NCBI GenBank assembly: GCA_030141605.1
Contig: JAQGDQ010001997.1
Span: 1-18,359, forward strand
DNA length: 18,359 nt
Direction: 5' to 3'
Origin: Tubiluchus corallicola
Lineage: Eukaryota; Animalia; Priapulida
In this document: positions 1 through 9,902 of the stretch, piece by piece
Numbering within the stretch: the stretch's first letter is position 1
How the letters are laid out: the number at the start of each line of letters is the position of its first letter
Notes under the pieces: model-generated
The model's database searches: none
What the model saw: only the letters and a program-made list of their open reading frames with translations
Told to the model about the DNA's origin: nothing
Translations under genes and position numbers: made by a program

Positions 1-279
1 TGATGTCCTTTTGGCGCCCCCATGTTAATGAAATTATGCCCCCTCCCCTTCCCAACTCGCCTGCAACCGTTTTGAATATTTGTTTACTCTCTATCTATGT
101 ATTTTAGTTACATATACGTAGCTTAAAGTAAACTTATTACAAATTCTTTAAATAAACTAGAACAGCTATGTTTTGTTTGTCAGTGAAAATATTCTTAAAC
201 AAATACCACTATTTTACTTTTTTGCAAATCCACTTGCTTTCATTTTCAGCTTTATGTCTGTTAATAAATCTAGAAAATT

Positions 280-348
280 CAGTGCGGTTGTGCAGCGGCT
301 AGCATAGCTAGCCCGACAAGCAGAATGTCTTGAGTTCGAGGCCCACTG
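280..348 (+). mobile_element. Degenerate tRNA-derived (SINE-head-like) segment
   Basis: A-box-like TTGTGCAGCGG (288-298) and B-box-like GAGTTCGAGGC (332-342) at tRNA-like spacing. CAGTG (280) and CACTG (344) could pair. No clean cloverleaf, so a SINE remnant is more likely than a tRNA gene. Confidence 0.4.
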
Positions 349-594
349 CAGTGTAAAATATTTCAGAGTTTCTAATTTATTGGTTTGCTGTTGCTGCAGA
401 TGATGAAGCTGTTTCATACATGGTAACTGATAACCCGTAAAGTTTGTTGGCATTTCACGTGGAATGGTATTTGAGTTCTCTCTCGTGAGAGATGTTACTA
501 GATTGCTAAAGAAGGATTGGAAATCTGTACATGTCTAAAATTTCTCAAATTGTCCATGTCTGCACAGAACAGATAAATTACAGTGACTTAGCGA

Positions 595-2365
595 AGAGCA
601 GTGCCCATTTGAGAGGAAGGTTACTGTGCCTTAATAATAGCAGTGCCCATGTGAGAGGAAGGGACTATGAGAGGGAAGGGACTACAGTGCCTTAATAGAG
701 CAGTGCCCATGTGAGAGGGAAAGGACTACAGTGCCTTAATAAGAGCAGTGCCCATGTGAGAGGGAAGGGACTACAGTGCCTTAATAAGAGCAGTACCCAT
801 GTGAGAGGGAAGGGACTACAGTGCCTTAATAAGAGCAGTGCCCATGTGAGAGGGAAGGGACTACAGTGCCTTAATAAGAGCAGTACCCATTTGAGAGGGA
901 ATGGACTACAGTGCCTTAATAAGAGCAGTGCCCATGTGTGAGGGAAGGGACTACAGTGCCTTAATAAGAGCAGTGATGTGGAAGGGAAGGGACTACAGTG
1001 CCTTAATAGGAACAGTGCCCATGTGAGAGGGAAGGGACTACAGTGACTTAATAAGAGCAGTACCCATTTGAGAGGGAAGGGACTACAGTGCCTTAATAAG
1101 AGCAGTGCCCATGTCAGAGGGAAGGGACTACAGTGCCTTAATAAGAGCAGTGCCCATGTCAGAGGGAAGGGACTACAGTGCCTTAATAAGAGCAGTGCCC
1201 ATGTGAGAGGGGACTACAGTGCCTTAATAAGAACAGTGCCCATGTGAGAGGGAAGGACTACAGTGTCTTAACAAGAGCAGTGCCCATGTGAGAGGGAAGG
1301 GACTACAGTGCCTTAATAAGAGCAGTACCCATGTGAGAGGGAAGGGACTACAGTGCCTTAATAAGAGCAGTGCTCATGTGAGAGGGAAGGGACTACAGTG
1401 CCTTAATAATAGCAGTACCCATTTGAGAGGGAATGGACTACAGTGCCTTAATAAGAGCAGTGCCCATGTGTGAGGGAAGGGACTACAGTGCCTTAATAAG
1501 AGCAGTGATGTGGAAGGGAAGGGACTACAGTGCCTTAATAGGAACAGTGCCCATGTGAGAGGGAAGGGACTACAGTGACTTAATAAGAGCAGTACCCATT
1601 TGAGAGGGAAGGGACTACAGTGCCTTAATAAGAGCAGTGCCCATGTCAGAGGGAAGGGACTACAGTGCCTTAATAAGAGCAGTGCCCATGTCAGAGGGAA
1701 GGGACTACAGTGCCTTAATAAGAGCAGTGCCCATGTGAGAGGGGACTACAGTGCCTTAATAAGAACAGTGCCCATGTGAGAGGGAAGGACTACAGTGTCT
1801 TAACAAGAGCAGTGCCCATGTGAGAGGGAAGGGACTACAGTGCCTTAATAAGAGCAGTACCCATGTGAGAGGGAAGGGACTACAGTGCCTTAATAAGAGC
1901 AGTGCTCATGTGAGAGGGAAGGGACTACAGTGCCTTAATAATAGCAGTACCCATTTGAGAGGGAATGGACTACAGTGCCTTAATAAGAGCAGTGCCCATG
2001 TGTGAGGGAAGGGACTACAGTGCCTTAATAAGAGCAGTGATGTGGAAGGGAAGGGACTACAGTGCCTTAATAGGAACAGTGCCCATGTGAGAGGGAAGGG
2101 ACTACAGTGCGTTAATAAGAACAGTGCCCATGTGAGAGGGGACTACAGTGCCTTAATAAGAACAGTGCCCATTTGAGAGGGAAGGGACTATAATGCCTTA
2201 ATAAGAATAGTGCTCGTTTGAGAGGGAAGGGACTACAGTGCCTTAATAAGAACAGTGCCCATTTGAGAGGGAAGGAATTACAATGCCTTACTATGAACAG
2301 TGCCCATTTGAGAGGGAAGGGACTACAGTGCCCTAATAAGAATAGTGCCCATTTAAGAGGAAAGG
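595..2365. repeat. 45-bp minisatellite, about 39-40 units, with a 532-bp higher-order repeat
   Basis: Unit GAGAGGGAAGGGACTACAGTGCCTTAATAAGAGCAGTGCCCATGT. Diagnostic variants recur at 973/1505/2037 (GTGATGTGGAAG) and 899/1431/1963 (GAATGGAC), i.e. every 532 bp. Units degenerate at both array edges. Confidence 0.97.
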
Positions 2366-2407
2366 GCTGTGCACATTTAATAGAAAAAGTTGGTGTTATT
2401 ATTATTA

Positions 2408-2895
2408 GGGTTCTTTAGTTCAACTTTTCAATGCGGTTAACATTGTTGAACAGCATTGGATTAACCAAGACAGCATTTATAAACACTCGGATTTTTTAGT
2501 CTTTTTAAGCTTTCTTAATTAGCAACTCTTATACGAAACCACTGCTGAACACGTTATAACTCTAAGCTAAAGTCTTGTCATTGTTGTTACAAACAAAACG
2601 TTGGCCAAAACACATTAAAGCAAAACGCGAAACTTTAAGAAGAGATGTCGTAAAATGAATTTGTTGCGACATTCTGCTGAACAATTACCTAGGGTGTTGA
2701 TATTCTGCAGTGCAACTCTTGCCAGTGTAAAACATTACTTCCTTTATTTCAACGCCATTTGAAACCCATTACCAGTAGCGACAAGTCATGAATGTCAACG
2801 CTGCTATGTAAAAAAACCCAGAGCGTTTAAAATGCATTCTTATTACAGTGCTGCTTAACAATATTAATCCAAAGAAAAGTTGAACTAAAAAACCC
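2408..2895. mobile_element. MITE with long imperfect TIRs (GGG...CCC ends; PIF/Harbinger-like assignment tentative)
   Basis: Left TAGGGTTCTTTAGTTCAACTTTTC matches the reverse complement of right GAAAAGTTGAACTAAAAAACCCTA with 1 mismatch in 24. Weaker complementarity continues for about 90 bp. Flanks are TTA (left) and TAA (right). No ORF. Confidence 0.8.
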
Positions 2896-2935
2896 TAAAA
2901 TGGAAGGTGTTAGTTGCTTAACACTTGATTAGATG

Positions 2936-4537
2936 ATTAGACTCAATCTCATTTTAATTTACTGTCCAAAATATACATTTTCTTGCCTATAAAGGTTAGC
3001 AATTGTTTCTTATATTTGACTAATTAGCTTAGAAAGTTAATTAATGGCAGCTGGACACGGCTATCGCTTAGGTCGTTTGGGTGCTGCTACGTTCTAAGAA
3101 AGCATGGCACATCCCACCTGTTGATGCCAAGCATTCCTGTCCACTGCCACTGTTCACGATGCATCATACCTCAAATCTAGAGTTGTATTTGATGCAGTTT
3201 GCAGTTTATCTATATACGTCAGTAGGTCACCTCCTCTTGCCTTTTTGAGAGACTTGAGGTAATCTTAGTGCATGTCCAATCCAATGCAATCTTCTTACTT
3301 GTATTGCTTGCTCCAAGGAGTCTTCTTGCCACATTACAGATCATCAATGGATACACTGCCAGGCCATCTAATTACTAATGACATCCTACAGACGTCTTTA
3401 TTTCCTTCTGCTGTTTAACTTTTACAGTCCGTAGCTCAGCATTGTACAAAACACAGGTTCAACTAAAGTAGAAAGGACCTGGATTTTGGTTTCAAGAGAC
3501 AGTCTATTGTTTTCAAAAACCATTGTGAGATCTGAATAAGCAGACAATGCATGAATTTTCCTTTTTGTAAGTCGGCTTCGGTGTCTAACAAGCTACCAAG
3601 GTATTTACATCGTTTCCATGACCTCCTCCTAGAATATGGTATTCTTCGATCTTTGTAATGGTGACTTTAAGATTATATTTTTCTAAACGGCAGCTGATCG
3701 TACATTTTGCATCCTGTAGTTCTCCTATATTAGTTGTAACGTACGCAACACCATCCGCATGTTGCATGGAGATTAAAGATGAAGGTTTTCCGAATGTGGC
3801 ACAGTTCTGTTCTACTAGTGATTCTGGTCTGAAGTTTGCTGGATTAAAATCTGTGTAGGTATGGGTCCTTTATTTCTTCACAAAGTATATAGTTGACATA
3901 GCTATAGCAAGATAAAAAGTGAAAAGGACAGAACACAAACAGTCCCCTTGAGGTACTCCGATATTAGAACAGAATGGCATGCTCATCCCTCCTTGATGAG
4001 CATCCCTCCCATACCGGACTTGGATACTAGGATTTTGTAGAAATGGCTTTTTCTGCTAATAATTTACAAGTGTGAACAAGTTCAGAAGTATTACCACCAG
4101 GTTGGTAAGCTGCTAGAGTTTTAGGTATGCGTGAGTTTAGGTATGCACTTACGTTACAAAATAACCACAGTTTGTGCAATGGAAGGCATCTTCCCTGAGC
4201 GTCAAGCACATTTGCGTAAGCGAAGGTAAGATGCCGATGTAATGTCACGAAAATGAGATCTACGTCACACTGACGTCACAGTTTGTGATCATGCTTATCA
4301 CGGTGCTGCACCTATTTTTCGGCCATGCAAATGTGACAAGAAGCTGCCATTGCCGTTGCCAATGTTGGTGGATTCGCTGTAGCTGTCGCAAGTAGCTTTG
4401 AAAGTTTAACGAAATTTAACGATCCGAGGAATTATTATTTAATCTACTATTATTTTGATTTAAAAAAGCTGTTGTAGGTTTTAATATTTTACGCCATATT
4501 TTATTTTTCACTAGCGTCTACACAATCTGGTTTTCCT
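2936..4537 (+). mobile_element. Kolobok/T2-type MITE family A, copy A1 (left TIR lost; split by a LINE at 3071-4147)
   Basis: 2936-3070 and 4148-4537 are colinear with the copy at 12619-13160. Right end CACAATCTGGTTTTCCT is followed by TTAA (4538-4541). Confidence 0.88.
3071..4147 (-). mobile_element. Decayed 5'-truncated non-LTR retrotransposon (RTE-like LINE), reverse transcriptase and C-terminal remnant with frameshifts
   Basis: Minus-strand motifs in the expected order: IPKTLAAYQPGGNTSELVHTCKLLAEKA (RT subdomain 2-like, about 4040-4130), NIGVPQGDCLCSVLF (GVPQGD at 3942-3959), QHADG (decayed YADD, 3750-3764), YNLKVTITKIE, CKYLGS (KYLGS at 3592-3606), LSLETKI, RRLHWIGHALR (WIGH at 3272-3283), AVDRNAW. 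Flanked by CTTA on both sides (3067-3070, 4148-4151). Confidence 0.92.
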
Positions 4538-5104
4538 TTAATTGTTGGAAGTGTTGATTGAAAAGGCTGTTGTTGTGTTCGCGTATTGTAGCTTTTGATT
4601 GGACCATACAGCGTGAAATCGTGAACTGGGAGAAACGACCTTCGAAATGTAGTCTTGAGGAAGAATGGTTTTGATTTATTATGCTAAACATTTCGGTAGA
4701 GAAAATAATTTGTTTGCTAGTCCCAAAAACAAGTACAACAAGGTTACGGTTCATGTTATGCCAATTCTCAGAGGCACCATGGCTCTCTCTGCCTCTTTTT
4801 TCTGTTCTCTTTTTTGAATACATGAAGTGTTTTTATTCTAGCTTCTACTCATCGTTACACTAAGGAAGTAAACACAAAAAAACTAAGTGAGTGAATGATT
4901 TTTAGGTTGTATTCAAACAGAGAAAAAAATCGTAAATACAAAACTGAAACATACGAGACTGTCCAGGGAAAATCAATAATCCTATAACAAGGCGCTTCAG
5001 TCAAATGCCAGCTGGTGTTTTGGGGGTGGAGATGGTACAAACCCAAATTAATGAAATTCTGGCAGCAAGTGTAAAAGACAGGAAATCTTGAAACACAGGA
5101 AACA

Positions 5105-5168
5105 TAGGAATGCAACCTTGATCTTCTGCTTACATTGTAGACGCCCTACACCTACACCACCCGATCCC
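5105..5168 (-). mobile_element. Degenerate tRNA-derived SINE-head-like segment
   Basis: Minus strand reads GGGATCGGGTGGTGTAGGTGTAGGGCGTCTACAATGTAAGCAGAAGATCAAGGTTGCATTCC, with an A-box-like TGGTGTAGGTG and a B-box-like GGTTGCATTCC (5107-5117). Extent of the body is unknown. Confidence 0.35.
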
Positions 5169-5276
5169 AGTGATCAAGGCAGTTCAAACTTTATCTATTA
5201 TAGCTTGACAACGAAGTTAGAAGCTCACATTAGCGTATTCCTAGCTAATTAAGATTAACTGTCATCAACACATTGG

Positions 5277-5434
5277 TCGTCGTCGTCATCATCATCACCA
5301 TCATCATCACCATCACCATCATCACTATCACCACCACCACAACCACCTCCACGCCCACTGCCACCACATTCGTCGTCGATGTCGTCATCATCACCACACC
5401 ACCATCATCATCATCATACTACTACTACTACCAC
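5277..5434. repeat. Compound trinucleotide microsatellite (CGT/CAT/CAC/TAC)n
   Basis: Directly visible runs of cgt, cat, cac and tac. Confidence 0.95.
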
Positions 5435-6751
5435 AAATGTGTAGTGTTACAATAAAGTCCTTCTCTCAAATTTAGGGACAGGCATCATATGCAGTTTTAC
5501 CTGTTTGCTAATCAATCAAAGCGCTATAATAAATAAGAAATGATGGCCCCAAACAACAGCTGCCTCTATGGCTACAGATACCACACAACTGCAAGACACG
5601 AGTAAATACGCTGCTCATTGAAGCCGCTAGATAATCAATCAACGATATAATAATGTGTGTTTGCAGTACGCACGCGTCCATACACGTACGCACGCACCTC
5701 GTCCATACGCGATGTTAACAAACAAGCAAAACGCCCGGCCACGTGACATCTTCATATTTACTGTCGCCATGACAACAGCATACAGACTGACTAGGTTAAT
5801 TTGTTGAAACCATTGCTTGCAGGTGTGTAACAAACACAGGAAACAGAACATTAAGAAACCCAGGCAAACGAGAGCGAATAGAGTTTTGTCGTGGCGACAT
5901 AAAACCATTAAGAAATTCGATTCAATACGACTCATTAGCTGTAATACGTCGAGAAAATTGCAAGAAATGAGAAACAACCTGAGCTCAGCTTTATACTGGA
6001 GGAAAAGTGCTTCAATTAAGACGGTGAACTGTTTGTTGAAAATAGTCTTAACCTCGCGCCACTTCAACTGAGAAAGATTAACGTAGCAAGCGAGTAATCT
6101 TCTTCGTTTAACAGTTTGAGTGACAACGTAATAAAAATTAGCAACAGTGAAAAAACATGGCTTCAAGCAAACGAAACATTACAAAATTAAGTGAGCAAAA
6201 TGAAGTTTACACAGCTGCAAACTATAATTTACGTAATTAAGACTTACTAAAAAAATCTAGCGAGAAATCCAGTCAAAATTCCAATACGATCTATTTTTAT
6301 TATGCATAACGAAGTCATATTGTATGTTGACGAATAATGCAGTTCGAAAGTTCAAATGTTAATTTAACAAGTGCTCAAAGGTTAATAAACCAGGACTAGC
6401 ATATGCTTGGGATCTTGGCACGTATATTTAATGAAAAATCTCATAATTAAGAAGTAAAGAGAACAAACAATTGAGGTGGGGAAAAATGGGGGGGGGGCGG
6501 AATTTGCTTATTCTTTTACTCATCTGAGCAACTCATTGCATTATTGGATGTTTTACTGGGTTATTGATTTTTCCACAATCTTGTGCATTTCAGTTTCTTT
6601 TTCTGTGAGATTATGTCCTAAGTCCAAGACAAGTTCCTTATTTGTAGTGTGCGCCACAACTAGAGAAATCGTTTACCAAGGTTTTCTTGTATGACCGCCT
6701 CAGTTTAATGATGCATAGTAGCTGAACAGGAACATTGAACAATATTTGTTT

Positions 6752-6910
6752 TATTAGTAATTGTTTTGTTTGTATAATTATAGTGTTATTATATTTTATA
6801 ACTGAAATTCTATATATGTCTTGTTTTTTGCATATTTCAAAATTGAAATTGTATGTCTTGTATGTACTTTTGGCTTTTGGTACTAATAAATAAATACATA
6901 AATAAATATA
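6752..6910 (+). mobile_element. Probable 3' tail of a retroposon ending in (TAAA)n
   Basis: Ends TTGGTACTAATAAATAAATACATAAATAAATATA. Its reverse complement resembles 13311-13420 (shared TTATTAGTRCCAAAA, AAAAAACAAGAC, CAATTTTGAAA, AAACAATTA). Confidence 0.5.
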
Positions 6911-6927
6911 AGAGATGCGAAGTGGAG

Positions 6928-7021
6928 ACACACACCCACACGTGCGCACTCACACACACGCACGCACACATGCACACGTACACGCGCACGCGCGCGCGCA
7001 CACACACACACACACACACGC
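6928..7021. repeat. (CA)n/(CG)n alternating purine-pyrimidine microsatellite
   Basis: ACACGCGCACGCGCGCGCGCACACACACACACACACACACG and similar sequence upstream. Confidence 0.95.
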
Positions 7022-8529
7022 AAAAGAGCCAAAGTAGAGACTTCTGAACTGCCTCTGAGATCAGGTAAACGGTGAAACATAACTTATTATCATTGTACTT
7101 CCTTTTGGGACTACGAAACAAACTGTATTCTTTGCTTAAATGTTTCACGACTGTAACTGAAGTACAATAACAGGTAAACCGGATAAACCACCATAAACAA
7201 AATTGACGCTAGATGCCTTTTTAGTCCTCGCCCACTAATAATGTCACGCCACGTCACATGACAAGAAAACAGCAATACAAGACAAAACCGCGAGTGTCAG
7301 ACAGAGACCTTCTGAAGGTCGCTAGGCGTTTCTAACCATTTAAGTCAAAGTGGAAACAGTACTCGCAACGTTACAGTAAAACTTCGCCCAATTCCCATAA
7401 TTAATAATAAGCTCGTTACGTGCACAAGCTTCATTGGTATAAGGCAAAACAACACGGTAAAAGCATTTACTCTACAAGCTGTGTGCACGCAAAGTGCTTT
7501 GCATTTAGCACCCTGATGATTTTGCTCCAGGTAAACAGGGATGCTGATGAAAACAAACTAAACTACAGTAGTCGGCTTTTGTAGGACAATAAAATATATC
7601 TTAGTGTTTACAGTAAAGCCAAAGCGTAAACAGAATTTTAGAATTGCAAACTTGAAGTAGAAGATAAGTGGTCTAATGAGGTAACTAATTGCTATAGGGA
7701 GTGCTTATACAGCTGGCATGGACATAGGTTATGTACACACCTGTGCCTTTAGATAAAACATGCTGCACAGAAGGGAGCTTTCAGTTCCAGAAAAAGCCTT
7801 AATCATATTTCGCAACTGTTTTAAAGGCATTCGAATTCTAATGTGGACTTCGGCAACTAAGCTAGTGCCAATAAACAGAGAACCCTTATACGAGATTACA
7901 GATTTGGTGAAAGCAAACAGTTTGCTACAATGCCTACACAAAAACATAATTTACACCATATATGCACGATGAAAAGTAGAATAGCTTTGTTTTGTCCTAA
8001 TTTGTCAGAAATTAAAGTTAACACCAGGAATTAAATTCGAAAGAAATCGAAAACAATCCTAGTAATTCAAAAGCAATTTAATGATTTTCCAATCACTATT
8101 ATCCAATTAGTTATGCAGTTGCCAGAAAGGTCTACCAAGTTATGCGGAAACAGATTCATGCCAGAAAGGTCCACCAATCCAGATCAGAATTTGAACGTCC
8201 TTGAAAAGATTATGAAACATAATTAATGCGGAAAGCCCCCTTCTGCGCAGCATATTGTATCTAAAGGACATCGGGTAGGCATCCTTTTTTATACTGTACT
8301 TGAATTGACGTTTTTTCAAAGAAACTGTTTATCTTTTTTTGGAAAAGAATATATGAAATGTTTAGAAACGTTCAAAGCGGCGGCTATTTAGGAAAGTTTG
8401 GCGTTTGTGTTTAGTAAAATTCAATACATCAATTCAAGTCATTCAACTGTGACATAATGATGTTATATATATTTCACTATGTACAAAATCAACAGTGACA
8501 TTTGCTTCTCTGTATTTTATACACACTGA

Positions 8530-8745
8530 CAGTCCTAAAGGTGTTGTTTTTACCACCTTTTTACAGCCATTGCCAGTCCTAAAGGTGTTCTTTTTTACCA
8601 CCCAGAGAGCCTAATTAGTTTAAATGGTGTTCTTTTTTATCACTTAGAAAGCCTCATTTTTTAAAGAGGTTAATTAGTTTGAATGGTGCTCTTTTTACCA
8701 CCTAGATAGCCTAAACATTAATGAGCTTATTTAGTTTTAATGACG
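8530..8745. repeat. Degenerate short tandem duplications (44-59 bp spacing)
   Basis: CAGTCCTAAAGGTGTT...TTTTTACCACC at 8530 and 8574. AATTAGTTTRAATGGTG...TTTT at about 8613 and 8672, partial copy at about 8729. Confidence 0.75.
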
Positions 8746-9155
8746 CTGCAGGAATGAAAAAAGTACAAAAAATTCTAACATGTATGAGAAGACATTTGAG
8801 TTAAGCTCATTGGGGCTTGATTTTCAATTCTGATATTGAAGAAAAATGTTTACAAATCAAAATCCAGTCAATCGGTACCACATTTCGGAAACTGTTACAT
8901 TTGATCAATTTCGCTTAAAGCCTATACATAAATAGGGCGAAAACATAAATTTAACGACAGCCATGAAAATAGTTATCAAAATTTCTAAGACTTACTTCAC
9001 CGATGAACTATATTACGTCGTAAACACGCGCAAAGCCGTTTCGTAAAACAGTAAATTGAACTAGACGAACCGTAAACAGTAAAACTAATGAAACAATACA
9101 AACTGTAAAAACACGATTGCAGACGTTGCTCATATTGCTTTTAACGTTCACTTAC

Positions 9156-9375
9156 CTGGATGGCTTCCTGTCACCTGGCTTCTTCCTACACTACAATTGT
9201 AATTTTCACACCTGGCGGCAGCGATTACCGACGGTAAACAAAAGCGTTAACTTTCGCGGAGAGCAGAGCACACACCACAACTGACCGACTCTATCTAACG
9301 CCAAGCGACAAACACTCACACGCACGCAGGACGGCTTCACGCGGGAAGCCAGTGAGTTCTGCTCGTCACGCTCCC
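9156..9375 (-). promoter_or_regulatory. Candidate non-coding first exon and CpG-rich promoter of an unidentified minus-strand transcript
   Basis: Perfect 5' splice donor CCAG|GTAAGT on the minus strand (exon end 9156; plus strand ACTTACCTGG). Local CpG/GC enrichment at 9210-9375 against an AT-rich background. GCGTGACG (CRE half-site) near the inferred 5' end. No ATG seen in the candidate exon. Confidence 0.5.
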
Positions 9376-9425
9376 CTGATGAAACTGTCATACCAAGAAT
9401 AGAAGAGAAAGAACTTGTCCGCATA

Positions 9426-9902
9426 CGCACAGTTTGAACCAGAACGTTATTAGAAAACATATGAACACTACATAAGCCCAGTCTGAACTAGAACGTTATT
9501 AGAAAACATATGAACACTACATAAGCACAGTTTGAACCAGAACGTTATTAGAAAACATTTGAACACTACATAAGCACAGTTTGAACCAGAACGTTATTAG
9601 AAAACGTATGAACACTACATAAGCCCAGTCTGAACTAGAACGTTATTAGAAAACATATTAACACTACATAAGCACAGTTCGAACTAGAACGTTATTAGGA
9701 AACATATGAACACTACATAAACACAATTTGAACCAGAACGTTACTATAAAATGTATGAATGCTACATAAACACAGTTTGAACCTGAACGTTATTAGAAAA
9801 CATATTAACACTACATAAACACAATTTGAACTAGAACATTACTAGAAAACATTTGAACATTACATAAGCACAGCATGAAGTAGAACATTATTAGAACATA
9901 TG
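9426..9902. repeat. 49-bp minisatellite, about 9.7 units
   Basis: Unit GCACAGTTTGAACCAGAACGTTATTAGAAAACATATGAACACTACATAA. Register points at 9431, 9480, 9529. Confidence 0.96.

Noticed and set aside
214-559. Minus-strand coding exon: acceptor TTCTGTGCAG|ACATGG at 560/559 and ORF 214-453
   Set aside because: The ATG after the acceptor opens only 19 codons and the other two frames stop quickly. ORF 214-453 has no recognisable motif and overlaps the antisense of a SINE-like head.
595-2418. ORFs 711-941, 1288-1473, 1820-2005 and 2218-2418 (RGKGLQCLNKSSAHV repeats) as a zinc-finger-like repeat protein
   Set aside because: They are translations of the 45-bp unit, broken by frame-shifting indels and stops, with non-ATG starts and no C2H2 spacing.
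5639-6166. Longest ORF (175 aa, minus strand)
   Set aside because: No recognisable domain, non-ATG start, composition typical of T-rich non-coding sequence. A BLASTP/HMMER hit would overturn this.
5273-7148. Low-complexity ORFs (poly-I/T/V at 5273-5455; CV/HT repeats at 6837-7148)
   Set aside because: Direct translations of microsatellites.
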